Shown in pieces: positions 18,141 through 28,577 of a stretch of DNA of 64,000 nucleotides (position 1 is the first letter of the stretch; each line of letters begins with the position of its first letter). Location: positions 896,001 through 960,000 of the forward strand of contig OY763415.1 of assembly GCA_963667565.1 (NCBI GenBank). Direction: 5' to 3'. A model generated the notes under the pieces. The model made no database searches. It saw nothing but the letters and a program-made list of their open reading frames with translations, and had not been told where the DNA came from. The DNA is from Acholeplasmataceae bacterium. GTDB lineage: Bacteria > Bacillota_I > Bacilli_A > Acholeplasmatales > Acholeplasmataceae. The position numbers and the translations under genes are program-made.

Positions 18141-19274
18141 ATGAATTTAGAATTAAGACGAAAAGAAATCGAGTCAAGACTGACTGAGATCAGAGGTCTT
18201 GTCGACAATGAAACAGATATTACCACTCTTGAAGCATTGGAAACTGAAACCACAGAACTTCAAGAAGAACGTGGTGTCATTGATAAGAAAATGGCGATTG
18301 CAAGTAAAACAGAAATCAAACCAATAGTTATCGATAACCGCACAAAAATTGATAAAGAAAAACTAGAACAACGTGCTGCTAGCTTACGTGAAAGTCGTGT
18401 GATTCAAGTATCAAGTGAAGAGATCTTGCTACCGGATCACACTGCTTCAGGTTTAGCACCAGTACCATTCGCACAAGTATCAACGCTTGTTGATCGTGTA
18501 AATGTTATTAACCTAAACGGTGGAGAAACGTACAAGAAATCATTTGTTAAAAACAATGGTATTGCTGGAACGACTCTTGAAGGACAACCATACAGTGAAA
18601 CAGAACCTGCATTTGGTTATTTGACAATTTCCAAAGTAAAGATTACTGCATATACAGAAATCACTGAAGAACTTGAAAAACTACCTGCTATTCCTTATCA
18701 AGCTGAGGTATTACGCAATATCAATATCTCATTGAAAAAGAAAATCAGTGAGCAAATCTTACGCGGAGCTGGAACAACGAATACCTTCACAGGTATCTTT
18801 AGTGATGCAGCAGTTGCACTTGCAGATAAAGCACCACTTGAAATCGAAGCAATTACTGATTCAACACTTGATGATATTGTCTTTGCCTATGGTGGTGATG
18901 AAGAAGTCGAAGGTGGAGCAGTTCTTATCTTGAATAAGAATGATTTACGTGCATTTGCAGGACTTAAGACTCAAGAAGGAAGAAAAGTACATACTATTGA
19001 CTATGTCAACAAGACTATCGATGGTATTCCTTATATCATCAACTCTCATTGTAAAGCCATCGCTGACAGTAATACTGCGGCTGGAGAATACGGTATCGCA
19101 TATGGAGCACTTAAAAATTATGAAGTTCCAGTATTCTCACCGGTTGAAATTGGAAAATCAACTGATTACAAATTCAAAGATGGAATCATCAGCTACAAAG
19201 CATCAGTATTCACTGGTGGTAACGTAGTGGGGTATAACGGATTCCTACGTATTAAAAAGAAAGCTGCAGCTTAA
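18141..19274 (+). CDS. Major capsid protein (HK97 fold)
   Basis: Coiled-coil delta domain; QILRGAGT...FTGI; position after the protease. Confidence 0.92.
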   Translation: MNLELRRKEIESRLTEIRGLVDNETDITTLEALETETTELQEERGVIDKKMAIASKTEIKPIVIDNRTKIDKEKLEQRAASLRESRVIQVSSEEILLPDHTASGLAPVPFAQVSTLVDRVNVINLNGGETYKKSFVKNNGIAGTTLEGQPYSETEPAFGYLTISKVKITAYTEITEELEKLPAIPYQAEVLRNINISLKKKISEQILRGAGTTNTFTGIFSDAAVALADKAPLEIEAITDSTLDDIVFAYGGDEEVEGGAVLILNKNDLRAFAGLKTQEGRKVHTIDYVNKTIDGIPYIINSHCKAIADSNTAAGEYGIAYGALKNYEVPVFSPVEIGKSTDYKFKDGIISYKASVFTGGNVVGYNGFLRIKKKAAA

Positions 19275-19314
19275 TAGCTGAAGCAAATTAAATGTTTAAG
19301 AAAGGACTGATCTC

Positions 19315-19611
19315 ATGGCTATACTAGACATTGTAAAAAAAGCACTACTCATACCTTTATCAGAATCATTTGCTGATGACGAGTTGAACACTCACATTGG
19401 TAGTTGCAAAGCATACTTGACAAGTTGTGGGATTGATCCTTCTTATATAAATGATGAATCAAATCCAATGGTTAGTACAGTGATTATTATTTATGTGAAG
19501 ACGTTTTTTGGCTTTAAGAATGATGGGAGTGCAAAAGAACTACCAAAAACATTTGATATGTTGGTTGGGCAGATTGCACTAACACAAGGAGTTTCAGAAA
19601 ATGTATCCTAA
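19315..19611 (+). CDS. Head-tail connector (gp6-like)
   Basis: ILDIVKKAL...DDEL...AYL...GI; position. Confidence 0.8.
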   Translation: MAILDIVKKALLIPLSESFADDELNTHIGSCKAYLTSCGIDPSYINDESNPMVSTVIIIYVKTFFGFKNDGSAKELPKTFDMLVGQIALTQGVSENVS

Positions 19612-19936
19612 TTCACCCAATATATCCATAAAATTGCTAACCATGGATTTGATTCAAAATTCCATTGGTTCTTCAACATACCAACTTATAAACTCAAAAG
19701 AAGTTATAGGCATAAACTTCAGCATTACATCAAATGAATACTATGAAAGTAAACGATCAGACATAAGAATTGATATAGCACTTAAGATTCAGAGTTTTTT
19801 ATACGATGGTAGCAAGTTCGCTGACATTGCAGGAGACATTTACAAGATTGAACGAACGTATCAGATCGGACAGTTCATTGAATTATATTTGAGTAAGTCT
19901 AAGATCAGAAAGAGTTACATCATTGATTACGCTTGA
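19601..19936 (+). CDS. Head-tail adaptor/closure protein
   Basis: SITSNEYYE...YKIERTY...IELY; position. Confidence 0.75.
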   Translation: MYPNSPNISIKLLTMDLIQNSIGSSTYQLINSKEVIGINFSITSNEYYESKRSDIRIDIALKIQSFLYDGSKFADIAGDIYKIERTYQIGQFIELYLSKSKIRKSYIIDYA

Positions 19937-20306
19937 TGAACTTGGAATTGCTATTTCTGAAATGGTAGAAGAGTATGCCGAAGAGATTATTGAAAAACTT
20001 GAAAAGAGGCTAGATCAAACTGCACAGGAAATTGTGAAGTACATTAGCACTCATGCACCAAGAAGTGGTGGTTCCAAAGCATTTGCTGATTCATTCGTTG
20101 CTGAACCAATAGGCAGTGGTGTCAACAAGACGATTGTTATCTTCTCAAATGAAAAAGGAAAACTAACTCATTTACTAGAATTCGGTTTTACACACCGTAG
20201 TGGTAAGTATGTTGGTCCAAGACCATTCATGCGTCCAGCATATGATCTGCTAACTCCTAAAATGCTAGAAGATATTAAATCAATTATTGAAAAAGGTGAT
20301 GATTAA
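19923..20306 (+). CDS. HK97 gp10-like neck/tail-completion protein
   Basis: LTHLLEFG...PRPFMRPA. Confidence 0.85.
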   Translation: MITLDELGIAISEMVEEYAEEIIEKLEKRLDQTAQEIVKYISTHAPRSGGSKAFADSFVAEPIGSGVNKTIVIFSNEKGKLTHLLEFGFTHRSGKYVGPRPFMRPAYDLLTPKMLEDIKSIIEKGDD

Positions 20307-20641
20307 TGCAAGAGAAACTAGAAGATTTGTTCGATACACTCAATTCTGTTTTACCAGGTAAAGTGTCATATGGTACAAGAGAAGGGTTAGAAAGTGATCC
20401 AAATTATATCGTCTATCAAGAACTCAGTAATCGAACAATTGTTTATGCAGATGATAGAGCAGTTGCAAAGGTAGCGACCTTTCAAGTCAGTTTAATTACA
20501 GAAAAGAAGAACTTAGGATTAGAAGAACAATTAGAAGCATCCCTATATTTTATGGGATATGAATTTGAATTATTATCTGAATTTGTCAATGAAGACAGTT
20601 CAGTCAACAGAGTATATGAAATCAAACAGGAGGTATTTTAA
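20306..20641 (+). CDS. Tail terminator-like protein
   Basis: YIVY...YADD...FQVSLIT; position before the major tail gene. Confidence 0.7.
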   Translation: MQEKLEDLFDTLNSVLPGKVSYGTREGLESDPNYIVYQELSNRTIVYADDRAVAKVATFQVSLITEKKNLGLEEQLEASLYFMGYEFELLSEFVNEDSSVNRVYEIKQEVF

Positions 20642-21208
20642 ATGAGTAATAAAGTCACATTTGGTTTAACTAACGTACACTATGCACTTGCAACTCAAGC
20701 AGAAGATGGTAGTTGGACCTTTGCTACACCTAAACGTTTAGAAGGTGCACAGGAGATTACTACTGAAGCTATCGGTGGAAGCACACAAGTGTATGCTGAT
20801 GATAAAGTGATTGCAACATTAGTATCAAATTCAGGGACAACAGTTACCTTGAAATTTACTGAGATTGATGATGTGTTTAAAAAAGACATCTTTGGTGTTT
20901 TAGAAGACACTAACGGAAATCTTGTAGAAGTAGTAAATGGTGAAACTAAGACATTTGCGTTAGGGTATGAAATTCAAGGAGATATCAAGGCAAGACGTAT
21001 ATGGTATTTTTTATGTACAGCAACACCTTCTGGAGACGCTAGTAAATCAAAAGCAGATTCCATTGAAGCTAATTCAATCACATTGAACATTACAGCTAGA
21101 CCGATTGAATCAGGAAATAATCTAATTTTAAGAGTCATAGCAGGTGTGGGAGATACGAATTATGCAGCATTCCTAACTTCAGCTCCAGCTTTACCAACAT
21201 TTATTTAA
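20642..21208 (+). CDS. Major tail protein (phi13 family)
   Basis: NKVTFGLTNVHYA, YADD and FALGYE. Confidence 0.9.
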   Translation: MSNKVTFGLTNVHYALATQAEDGSWTFATPKRLEGAQEITTEAIGGSTQVYADDKVIATLVSNSGTTVTLKFTEIDDVFKKDIFGVLEDTNGNLVEVVNGETKTFALGYEIQGDIKARRIWYFLCTATPSGDASKSKADSIEANSITLNITARPIESGNNLILRVIAGVGDTNYAAFLTSAPALPTFI

Positions 21209-21222
21209 GGAGATAATCTAAC

Positions 21223-21576
21223 ATGGAAAAAACACTTAAATTAGGTGATAAGGATTATCGCCTTCATTCATCATTATTTACAATTATTGACTATCGTAAT
21301 GTTTTCTCAACAGAACTATTTAGCGATATCAAGAAACTAGAAAAGTCAAACATCAAAAAAGAGGATGATTTATCAACAGTTATTGATACAATCTTCCGAA
21401 TCATCTATGTATTACATCGCCCTTTCAGTAAACAATCATACAACGACTTTTTGATGTCGTTGGATTTTTCTATTTTAAGTAATCAAAACGAACTTGAAAA
21501 TCTGACGAATACGATAGGTGAAATGCTAGGAACGTTTCAAAAAGGATCCACACCCAAACCCCCAACAAAGAAATGA
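21223..21576 (+). CDS. Tail assembly chaperone (gpG-like)
   Basis: MEKTLKLGDK...YRNVFSTELFSD; position after the major tail gene. Confidence 0.8.
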   Translation: MEKTLKLGDKDYRLHSSLFTIIDYRNVFSTELFSDIKKLEKSNIKKEDDLSTVIDTIFRIIYVLHRPFSKQSYNDFLMSLDFSILSNQNELENLTNTIGEMLGTFQKGSTPKPPTKK

Positions 21577-21760
21577 CGATATAAACATAACAGCAAACAT
21601 CATATTCAATCTTGCACATTTGGGTATTTCTATTGAGGATTCAAAAACTTTTGATTTAGATACATATTTTGAAATCGTGGAACTTGAAATGAATGTGATA
21701 AATGGAAATCAAACATCAAAAAAAGCAACCCAAAATGATATTGATAAGTTCCTACTATGA
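21530..21760 (+). CDS. Tail assembly chaperone gpT-like extension (frameshift product)
   Basis: Start-less ORF in the +1 frame: ...NDDINITANIIFNLAHLGISIEDSKTFDLDTYFEIVELEMNVINGNQTSKKATQNDIDKFLL*. Confidence 0.7.
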   Translation, partial: ERFKKDPHPNPQQRNDDINITANIIFNLAHLGISIEDSKTFDLDTYFEIVELEMNVINGNQTSKKATQNDIDKFLL

Positions 21761-21821
21761 TTATTGTTAAATATACCTCCATTTGATATAATGAATATAA
21801 GTATGAAATGGGGGTTTTGTT

Positions 21822-23789
21822 ATGAAAGAAAGTATGCTTCACAATTTTAAAGGGAGAATCAAGAATTTTCCTACACCAAAAGATCCTTTTACTTCTTTGT
21901 TTGAGGCTATTAGTAACTCTTTACAAGCAATCGAAGAAATTAATCTGGACAAAGGTGAGATAAACATAGCAATTGAACGCCAAAATGAACCGCTTGTTGA
22001 AGGTGGTATTTATCCAATTAGAAATATTTTTATAACTGACAATGGCATTGGATTTAATGATAAAAATATGATGTCATTTAGAACGTTTGATTCTGATTAT
22101 AAATCAAAAATTGGTGGAAAAGGTATAGGTAGACTTAATTGGTTAAAAACCTTTAATAATGTCGAAGTGCTATCAGTTTTTAATGAGGGTAAAGAAAATT
22201 CAATGTTACGTCATTTTAATTTTAATCTTGATGATGAAATTGAGATTATTGATACTGAACATAATGGGTTTAATTTGAAAACTGAAGTTAAACTTCTGGG
22301 ATTAAAACAAGAGTTTTACAGTAGAAGTGCAATTAGCACAAAACAAATTGCAAATAAACTAGTTGAACATTTCACCTCATTATTAGTAATGGGAATTACA
22401 ACAAAGATTAATATATTTGACATGGGTGATGAAATATGCATAAATGATTATTTTGTAGAAGATAAATACATCCAAAGCAAAGAAGAAAAACTAAAGATTA
22501 ACAAACAAACATATGAATTAAAGCATGTGTTCTTAAAGACAAGTCCAAATGAAAATCATCAAATATTTATATGTGCACAAAAAAGAGTAGTAAATCATTT
22601 CAGTATACCTAATATAGAAGAACTGCCAACTAGTTTTGATATCGAAAATAATAAAGCCATTTATCAGTGTTTTATTTCAGGGGATTTTTTAGATAAAGAT
22701 GTAAATCAAGAAAGAAGTGGATTTAATACATTAATATTTGATAAACCAAATGGAAATACCTTAGTAGATGATCAATTGAACATCTATGATCAGATAGTAA
22801 ATGCTATTTCAATATACCTAGATAAGTTCATAGAACCATATAAAGAAGAAAAAATGAACTATATAAGAAATTATATTCAAAATGATGCTCCAGAGTATTT
22901 ACATCTCTATAAAAAAAGGCTCAATGAGCTTGAAAAAATCACATATACAAATGCAAAAAATAAATATAAAATGAGGATTGAGTTATTCAAAATAAATCAG
23001 AAAATGAATTTAGAAAATTTTGATGCCGTCAATAGCATTGAGTCAATTGATGAAGTTAGCGATGACCAAATCAATCAAATAATGGAGAATGTTACTGACA
23101 TTGCAAAATCCGAGTTGGTATCATATGTGATTAGAAGAAAATTAATTATAGATTTACTTCGTAAGATGTTATCTTATGAGAATGCTGATCAGTATTTTAA
23201 AGAGAATAGATTACATAAACTTTTCTTCCCTATGAAATCAGATGATTTAAATATCGATTATGAAAAGCATAATCTATGGTTGATTGATGAACGATTAGCT
23301 TACTCGTATAGATTCTTCTCAGATGAACCAATAAAGAAAATCTTTATAGATAGCAAAGATACGCAAAGACCAGATGGCTTATTTTTGGATACAATATCTT
23401 TCTCTGATTCACTAAATGGAACTGCATCAAATGTCACAATCGTAGAGTTTAAACGTCCTGGTAGGGATGATTATAGCGATAAAGATAATCCGTTTTCACA
23501 GATATATCAGTATATAGATGCAATAAAAGGAAAAACTGCTAAGGGTGTTAATGGAGATATAATAAATGTCGATGACAATACGAAATTTGTGGCCTATGTT
23601 ATAGCAGACTTAACTGAAACTCTAAAGAATCAAATGAGAAGACAAAACCTAAAACCTTCATCCAACCATGATACTTATTTTAGTTACAATGAAGGATACC
23701 AAGTGTTTTTTGAAGTGATACCATATAACGTCATTTTAGATAATTCTGTAAAACGAAATGATGTATTTTTTAAGAAAATATCAATTTAA
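21822..23789 (+). CDS. GHKL (HATPase) ATPase fused to a PD-(D/E)XK-like nuclease; candidate defence moron
   Basis: EAISNS, DNGIGF and GGKGIGR GHKL motifs; C-terminal RPDG...IVEFKRPG; own promoter and terminator. Confidence 0.78.
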   Translation: MKESMLHNFKGRIKNFPTPKDPFTSLFEAISNSLQAIEEINLDKGEINIAIERQNEPLVEGGIYPIRNIFITDNGIGFNDKNMMSFRTFDSDYKSKIGGKGIGRLNWLKTFNNVEVLSVFNEGKENSMLRHFNFNLDDEIEIIDTEHNGFNLKTEVKLLGLKQEFYSRSAISTKQIANKLVEHFTSLLVMGITTKINIFDMGDEICINDYFVEDKYIQSKEEKLKINKQTYELKHVFLKTSPNENHQIFICAQKRVVNHFSIPNIEELPTSFDIENNKAIYQCFISGDFLDKDVNQERSGFNTLIFDKPNGNTLVDDQLNIYDQIVNAISIYLDKFIEPYKEEKMNYIRNYIQNDAPEYLHLYKKRLNELEKITYTNAKNKYKMRIELFKINQKMNLENFDAVNSIESIDEVSDDQINQIMENVTDIAKSELVSYVIRRKLIIDLLRKMLSYENADQYFKENRLHKLFFPMKSDDLNIDYEKHNLWLIDERLAYSYRFFSDEPIKKIFIDSKDTQRPDGLFLDTISFSDSLNGTASNVTIVEFKRPGRDDYSDKDNPFSQIYQYIDAIKGKTAKGVNGDIINVDDNTKFVAYVIADLTETLKNQMRRQNLKPSSNHDTYFSYNEGYQVFFEVIPYNVILDNSVKRNDVFFKKISI

Positions 23790-23817
23790 ACACATCGAAA
23801 GGTGTGTTTTTCTTTTT
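23788..23817 (+). terminator. Intrinsic terminator of the moron
   Basis: AAACACATC-GAAA-GGTGTGTTT-TTCTTTTT. Confidence 0.8.
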
Positions 23818-23834
23818 CCTGGAGGTGAATATTA

Positions 23835-25844
23835 ATGGCAGAGACAGTCAAAGGATTAAACATAAAACTAACCCTTGATGGTAAGGATTTAGAAAACGAA
23901 CTAAATGGAATCAAGAAAGATTTAAAAGAGCAAAATAAAGACTTACGTGCGATTAATACGAACCTTCGTTATGATAGTACAAATCTTGATTTGTGGAAAC
24001 AAAAGCAAGCAAAATTAAATGATATCTTAGTTCAAACAAAAAAGAAACTTGAAACTCAGAATCAAGAACTAGAACATGCTAAAAAGGCTGTTCAAGTTGG
24101 TGATATGAGTCAAGAGGAATTTAATAAGTTAAAACGAAATGTCCAATACACTGAAGCTGAAATAGCTAAGATGAATGGACAGTTGGAAAAAACATCAGAT
24201 AAAATCAAGCAACTTAGCAACGCTAACTTTGAGAAGATTGGTAAGCTTGGTTCAACATTAACGAAAAGTGTAACGGTACCTATATTGGGTGCCGTTTCTG
24301 CTTTAACAGCATTTTCTATAAAGACTGCTTATACTGCAGATGAGATTGGAGATACTGCTCAAAAGCTAGGATTATCAGCTGAATTGTTTCAAGAATGGAA
24401 CCATGTCGCAACTATTATGGGAACTTCAACAGAATCCATGTCTAAAGCGTTTATGAAAGTAAATGGAATCCTTGGAGATATTGCTACTGGTAATGGCGAT
24501 AAGGTTGTTGATAGTTTAGCACTTATTGGTCTGACGGTTGATGACTTGAAAGGGAAAAATGCTGATGAAGCATTCGAACTTATTAGAAATGCTTTAGGAA
24601 ATGTAGCGGATGAATCAGTACGTGTTGGTGTAGCCAATGAATTTTTCGGTGAAAAAATAGGTACTGAAGTATTACCAATTCTATCAAGTGAAGCAGAAGC
24701 TATAAATGGACTTCGAGAAGAAGCAAGAGAACTTGGAATTGTAACGAATGAACAAGCAGCACAAGCAGGAGAGTTTACTGATGCACTAGATCGTACAAAA
24801 CAAGCAGTATCTAGTTTAGGTGTTGATTTAGCAAGTACGTTGTTGCCTGTTATACAGGAGCTTATCATCAAAGTAAGAGATAATGTAATTCCTACTCTTA
24901 AAGACTGGATTGATAAGTGGAATAACATGGATTCAGGAACAAAAAAGATAATTGCAACCTTAACTGGACTCGTAGCTGCAATTGGACCAGTGCTATCAGT
25001 GGTTGGAAAAGTTGGACCACTACTCAATGCTGGATCAATGGCACTAAAAGCTGTAGGAACATCTGGAATATTTGCAGGAGTGGGTATTAATGCCGCTACT
25101 TTAGGAATCGGTGCTTTAATTGCTATTCTAGCGATGGCTTTATTTCAAAGTGAAGAATTCAAAGCACTGCTAGGTAGACTCATGGAAACATTCATGCAGT
25201 TGCTTCCACCTATCTTAGCGATTGTAGATAGTTTGATGACTGCCTTACAACCAATCCTAGATGTAATTATCGATTTAGTTGTTATGTTAGTCGATTTGCT
25301 TGTTCCAATTCTTGATGTAATTTTAATGCCACTCATTATTCAAATACAGATGTTTGCTGAGATACTAGGACTTTTAGCACCACTGATAACTGTTGTTGGA
25401 GAAGTATTAAATGCAATATTGGTTCCAGCAATTAATGTACTCAAGACAGTACTTGAACCAGTACTTAATGTTGTTCAGAAGATTGTTGAATTTATCCAGA
25501 AAATATTCGAGTGGATAGGCGACTTACCATCCAAAATTGGTGACTTTGGTGGCAAAGTAAAAGATACTTTTTCGAGTGTTACTGAAGGGATATCAAATAT
25601 CGCAAATAAAGTAACAGATGGTATTAGTGATTTTGCATCGAATGCAGCTGATAAAGTTAGTGGATTCTTTGGTGGTATTGGAGATTTCTTTTCTGATACG
25701 TTTAATTTAAAAGGATCGAGTACAGTAGATAACTCGAATTCCAACTCATCAACCAGTAATACAAACAACATCACGATTAATACAACATCACCGACCTTTG
25801 ATGTGGATTCCATCAATAAGGCATTAGGAGGTAGCGTGATATGA
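23835..25844 (+). CDS. Tail tape measure protein
   Basis: MAETVKGLNIKL N-terminus, long helical repeats, hydrophobic P-rich 11-residue repeats. Confidence 0.92.
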   Translation: MAETVKGLNIKLTLDGKDLENELNGIKKDLKEQNKDLRAINTNLRYDSTNLDLWKQKQAKLNDILVQTKKKLETQNQELEHAKKAVQVGDMSQEEFNKLKRNVQYTEAEIAKMNGQLEKTSDKIKQLSNANFEKIGKLGSTLTKSVTVPILGAVSALTAFSIKTAYTADEIGDTAQKLGLSAELFQEWNHVATIMGTSTESMSKAFMKVNGILGDIATGNGDKVVDSLALIGLTVDDLKGKNADEAFELIRNALGNVADESVRVGVANEFFGEKIGTEVLPILSSEAEAINGLREEARELGIVTNEQAAQAGEFTDALDRTKQAVSSLGVDLASTLLPVIQELIIKVRDNVIPTLKDWIDKWNNMDSGTKKIIATLTGLVAAIGPVLSVVGKVGPLLNAGSMALKAVGTSGIFAGVGINAATLGIGALIAILAMALFQSEEFKALLGRLMETFMQLLPPILAIVDSLMTALQPILDVIIDLVVMLVDLLVPILDVILMPLIIQIQMFAEILGLLAPLITVVGEVLNAILVPAINVLKTVLEPVLNVVQKIVEFIQKIFEWIGDLPSKIGDFGGKVKDTFSSVTEGISNIANKVTDGISDFASNAADKVSGFFGGIGDFFSDTFNLKGSSTVDNSNSNSSTSNTNNITINTTSPTFDVDSINKALGGSVI

Positions 25845-26671
25845 TCAGACAATTTTATTTAGAAAATGAATACGGTGATATCTATTACTTTAATCATAAA
25901 AATCAGACCATTATCTCTCAAGTTAGTGGTCTTGGTTTTTCTTTAGATATGAAGTATTTAGAGTATAGTCGTTTTTACTCTCGCTCAGAATATAATATTC
26001 CATTATCCGAGATTTCTGAAACATTAATCTTCCTAAAAGGATATCAAGGGTATAAATCATTTGTTGATTTTATCAGCAAAAGTAATAAAGAGTATAAACT
26101 ACACTATCAAAATGATGCTTTCAATGCTTACTGTTATGTAGATATCACTAGTTTATCAAAAGCAGAATTAGTAGCTAGCACCATTCAAAGCAACATCGTC
26201 TTTAAAAAACTATCTCTTTGGTTGAAAGAAAAATCGTATGAGATTATTGCTAATGGTTCATCTAGCGGTAAGGTTTATCCATACTCGTATCCGTATTATT
26301 ACTCTAGTTCCTATGAAGGTAAGGTATATATTAGAAATGATGGACTGAATGATGCACCGATTGTCATTGAAATGATAGGAAGTGTCATTGATCCAGAAAT
26401 ACTGATTAAAAGGAATGGAGAAGTGGTATCGACTTTACGTTTATATTTAACTGCAGAAGATATAACCATTACCATTAACTCTATTCCAAGTAAACAAGAA
26501 ATGACAATGGATGAATCAGGAGTAATAACTGACATATATGGATTACAAGATTTTGAAGAAGACAATTTCATCTTTCTTGAGCATGGTGATTATGAAGTAG
26601 AGTTCAAACCAGGAGTCGCTACTGAGTCGATTTGCAGGGTTACGGTACTTGAAGGCTATCTTGGAATTTAG
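25841..26671 (+). CDS. Distal tail (Dit-like) protein
   Basis: YPYSYPYYY, NDG..DAP; position after the tape measure gene. Confidence 0.75.
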   Translation: MIRQFYLENEYGDIYYFNHKNQTIISQVSGLGFSLDMKYLEYSRFYSRSEYNIPLSEISETLIFLKGYQGYKSFVDFISKSNKEYKLHYQNDAFNAYCYVDITSLSKAELVASTIQSNIVFKKLSLWLKEKSYEIIANGSSSGKVYPYSYPYYYSSSYEGKVYIRNDGLNDAPIVIEMIGSVIDPEILIKRNGEVVSTLRLYLTAEDITITINSIPSKQEMTMDESGVITDIYGLQDFEEDNFIFLEHGDYEVEFKPGVATESICRVTVLEGYLGI

Positions 26672-26674
26672 CAC

Positions 26675-27793
26675 ATGAAACTATTATTTCTGGATCGTAG
26701 TACTCTGCAGTATAAAGATAATGCTTATGTCAGTAATCAATATGAACTCGCTCTTGACATGGTCCTCATAAAAAGGTCAACTTTCAAAGCAAACAAAACA
26801 AACATTAATTGCACCATTGGAGATATTGTTGTTCTTAAGAATGATATCTATTCATATATAGGTATTTTGGAAAGTATAGAATTAAACGATGATTATACAA
26901 CTAACATTAAGTCTCTCGATTTTAGAGAGATTTTTAATTTGGATATCCCAGCTACAAGTTTTTCTGGTGATCTTGCAGATTACATACAGCAAGTTATTAC
27001 AGCTTACTTCAAGAATAATTCAGATCAAAAACAGAACCTAGCTTATTTAAGGGTAAGTAAAGAAACGAGTGTAACAGGTAGTCTAAGTTTTGAGTCAGAT
27101 AATATCATCAATATGTCAAAGATATTTGAACTTGTTTCTAAAGGTTTTGGGCTGAGTTTTGATACTGATGTTACTTATCTTAGGGGACGTATCACTGGTA
27201 TCATTTTTAGAATTGTTAGTGTGAATCAAGGTATGGTCATCAAGAGCGATTTTTCATCAATATTGAATGTCGAGACGAATGATTCCACCAGCCAACTTGT
27301 CAATAAGGTCGTTTATTATCCAAGAAGTGATAATCAAATTTATCAAACAATTAAGATTTACTATTTACTTACAACTGGTGAAATCACAGAAGACGGTACC
27401 TCGGATGACAGATACAACAGTGTCATGGCCAAGAGTTATATTTATACGGATAATGACTATGAATCACTAGAAACCAAAGCAAGAAGTGAAATGGTAACAT
27501 CCAAACTAGATCACAACATTACATTTACAATTGACATGAAAAACAAGGTGTTTATTCCATTTGAGAATATCTATCTTGGTGATTACGTCTCTTTCATTCA
27601 TAAAGGGAAAACATACGAATCAGTGATAACAGGAATTACATTCAAAGATTCATTGAATTATGCAACGATAACATTAGGAGAGTATCGAGTGAAATTAACG
27701 GAAAAAATACAATTACTTAGTAAAAATACAAGTAGTGGTTTAACCAGTAATATAACAATAACCAATACAGATATTGATGGAGGTGAGTTCTGA
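26675..27793 (+). CDS. Baseplate hub/Tal-like protein
   Basis: Position; LGDYVSF...ITLGEYR; C-terminal DIDGGEF. Confidence 0.65.
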   Translation: MKLLFLDRSTLQYKDNAYVSNQYELALDMVLIKRSTFKANKTNINCTIGDIVVLKNDIYSYIGILESIELNDDYTTNIKSLDFREIFNLDIPATSFSGDLADYIQQVITAYFKNNSDQKQNLAYLRVSKETSVTGSLSFESDNIINMSKIFELVSKGFGLSFDTDVTYLRGRITGIIFRIVSVNQGMVIKSDFSSILNVETNDSTSQLVNKVVYYPRSDNQIYQTIKIYYLLTTGEITEDGTSDDRYNSVMAKSYIYTDNDYESLETKARSEMVTSKLDHNITFTIDMKNKVFIPFENIYLGDYVSFIHKGKTYESVITGITFKDSLNYATITLGEYRVKLTEKIQLLSKNTSSGLTSNITITNTDIDGGEF

Positions 27794-28566
27794 TGGGTTT
27801 ACAAAAAATAACATTTGAAGGTGGAAACGTTACATCTAAGATAGATTCAGATTTATATCATTTTCTATTTTCAAGTGATGTAGGCATTTTTAAAGGGTTA
27901 AAGAATGAATGTAGTTATACATTAGCAAATAACACTATCACATTTAGTGATGGTTATGTTTCAGTGTATGGACGAATCATCTATGTTGAGAATCAAACAA
28001 CGATTGGTGTAACACCAGATTCTAGTAAATATGGATATGTTGTTTTAGGTGTTAATACTTCTGACAACTCAATCAGTTTATATTTAAAAGAACAAACAGG
28101 TAGTTATCCGTCCTTAACAGTAACTAATCTATTAACAACTGATGGGTTATACGAGTTGGCTTTATGTGCATATACAAAGACAACAACATCAGTTACTTTA
28201 ACGAGCTATTCAAGAAAACTTATCAGTGATGACAAGACTCGAGTAGATGATCTTGATGATGAAATTTTAAGTCGTTATTTACCTAAGAGAAGAACATTGA
28301 CTCTAGTAACAGCTGGTACATATCGATTTTATGGTACAAGCTCAGTTGAACTAAGAGATTCAATTATCTATGTGACAATTAACAATCATACTGTAGTGAC
28401 TTTTCCAGGTGAACAGATGTTCTTATTTGTAGGATCGAATACATCAATTTCATATCGTTATGCATCAAGTGATTATTCACTTAGTGTTGTATATCAAGAT
28501 GGGATTGTCACATTAACAACCGGGAATACAACACATAATATAACTAGTGTGTTTACGAAAAAATAG
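27793..28566 (+). CDS. Baseplate/tail structural protein
   Basis: ITFSDGYVSVYGR...YELALC; Thr-rich beta character. Confidence 0.6.
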   Translation: MGLQKITFEGGNVTSKIDSDLYHFLFSSDVGIFKGLKNECSYTLANNTITFSDGYVSVYGRIIYVENQTTIGVTPDSSKYGYVVLGVNTSDNSISLYLKEQTGSYPSLTVTNLLTTDGLYELALCAYTKTTTSVTLTSYSRKLISDDKTRVDDLDDEILSRYLPKRRTLTLVTAGTYRFYGTSSVELRDSIIYVTINNHTVVTFPGEQMFLFVGSNTSISYRYASSDYSLSVVYQDGIVTLTTGNTTHNITSVFTKK

Positions 28567-28577
28567 GAGGAAATATA

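Noticed and set aside
21630..21842. Minus-strand 70-aa ORF
   Set aside because: Shadow of the gpT frame and the moron promoter.
24389..25852. Minus-strand ORFs inside the tape measure gene, and similar shadow ORFs throughout the track
   Set aside because: Antisense to well-supported genes; no RBS or motifs.
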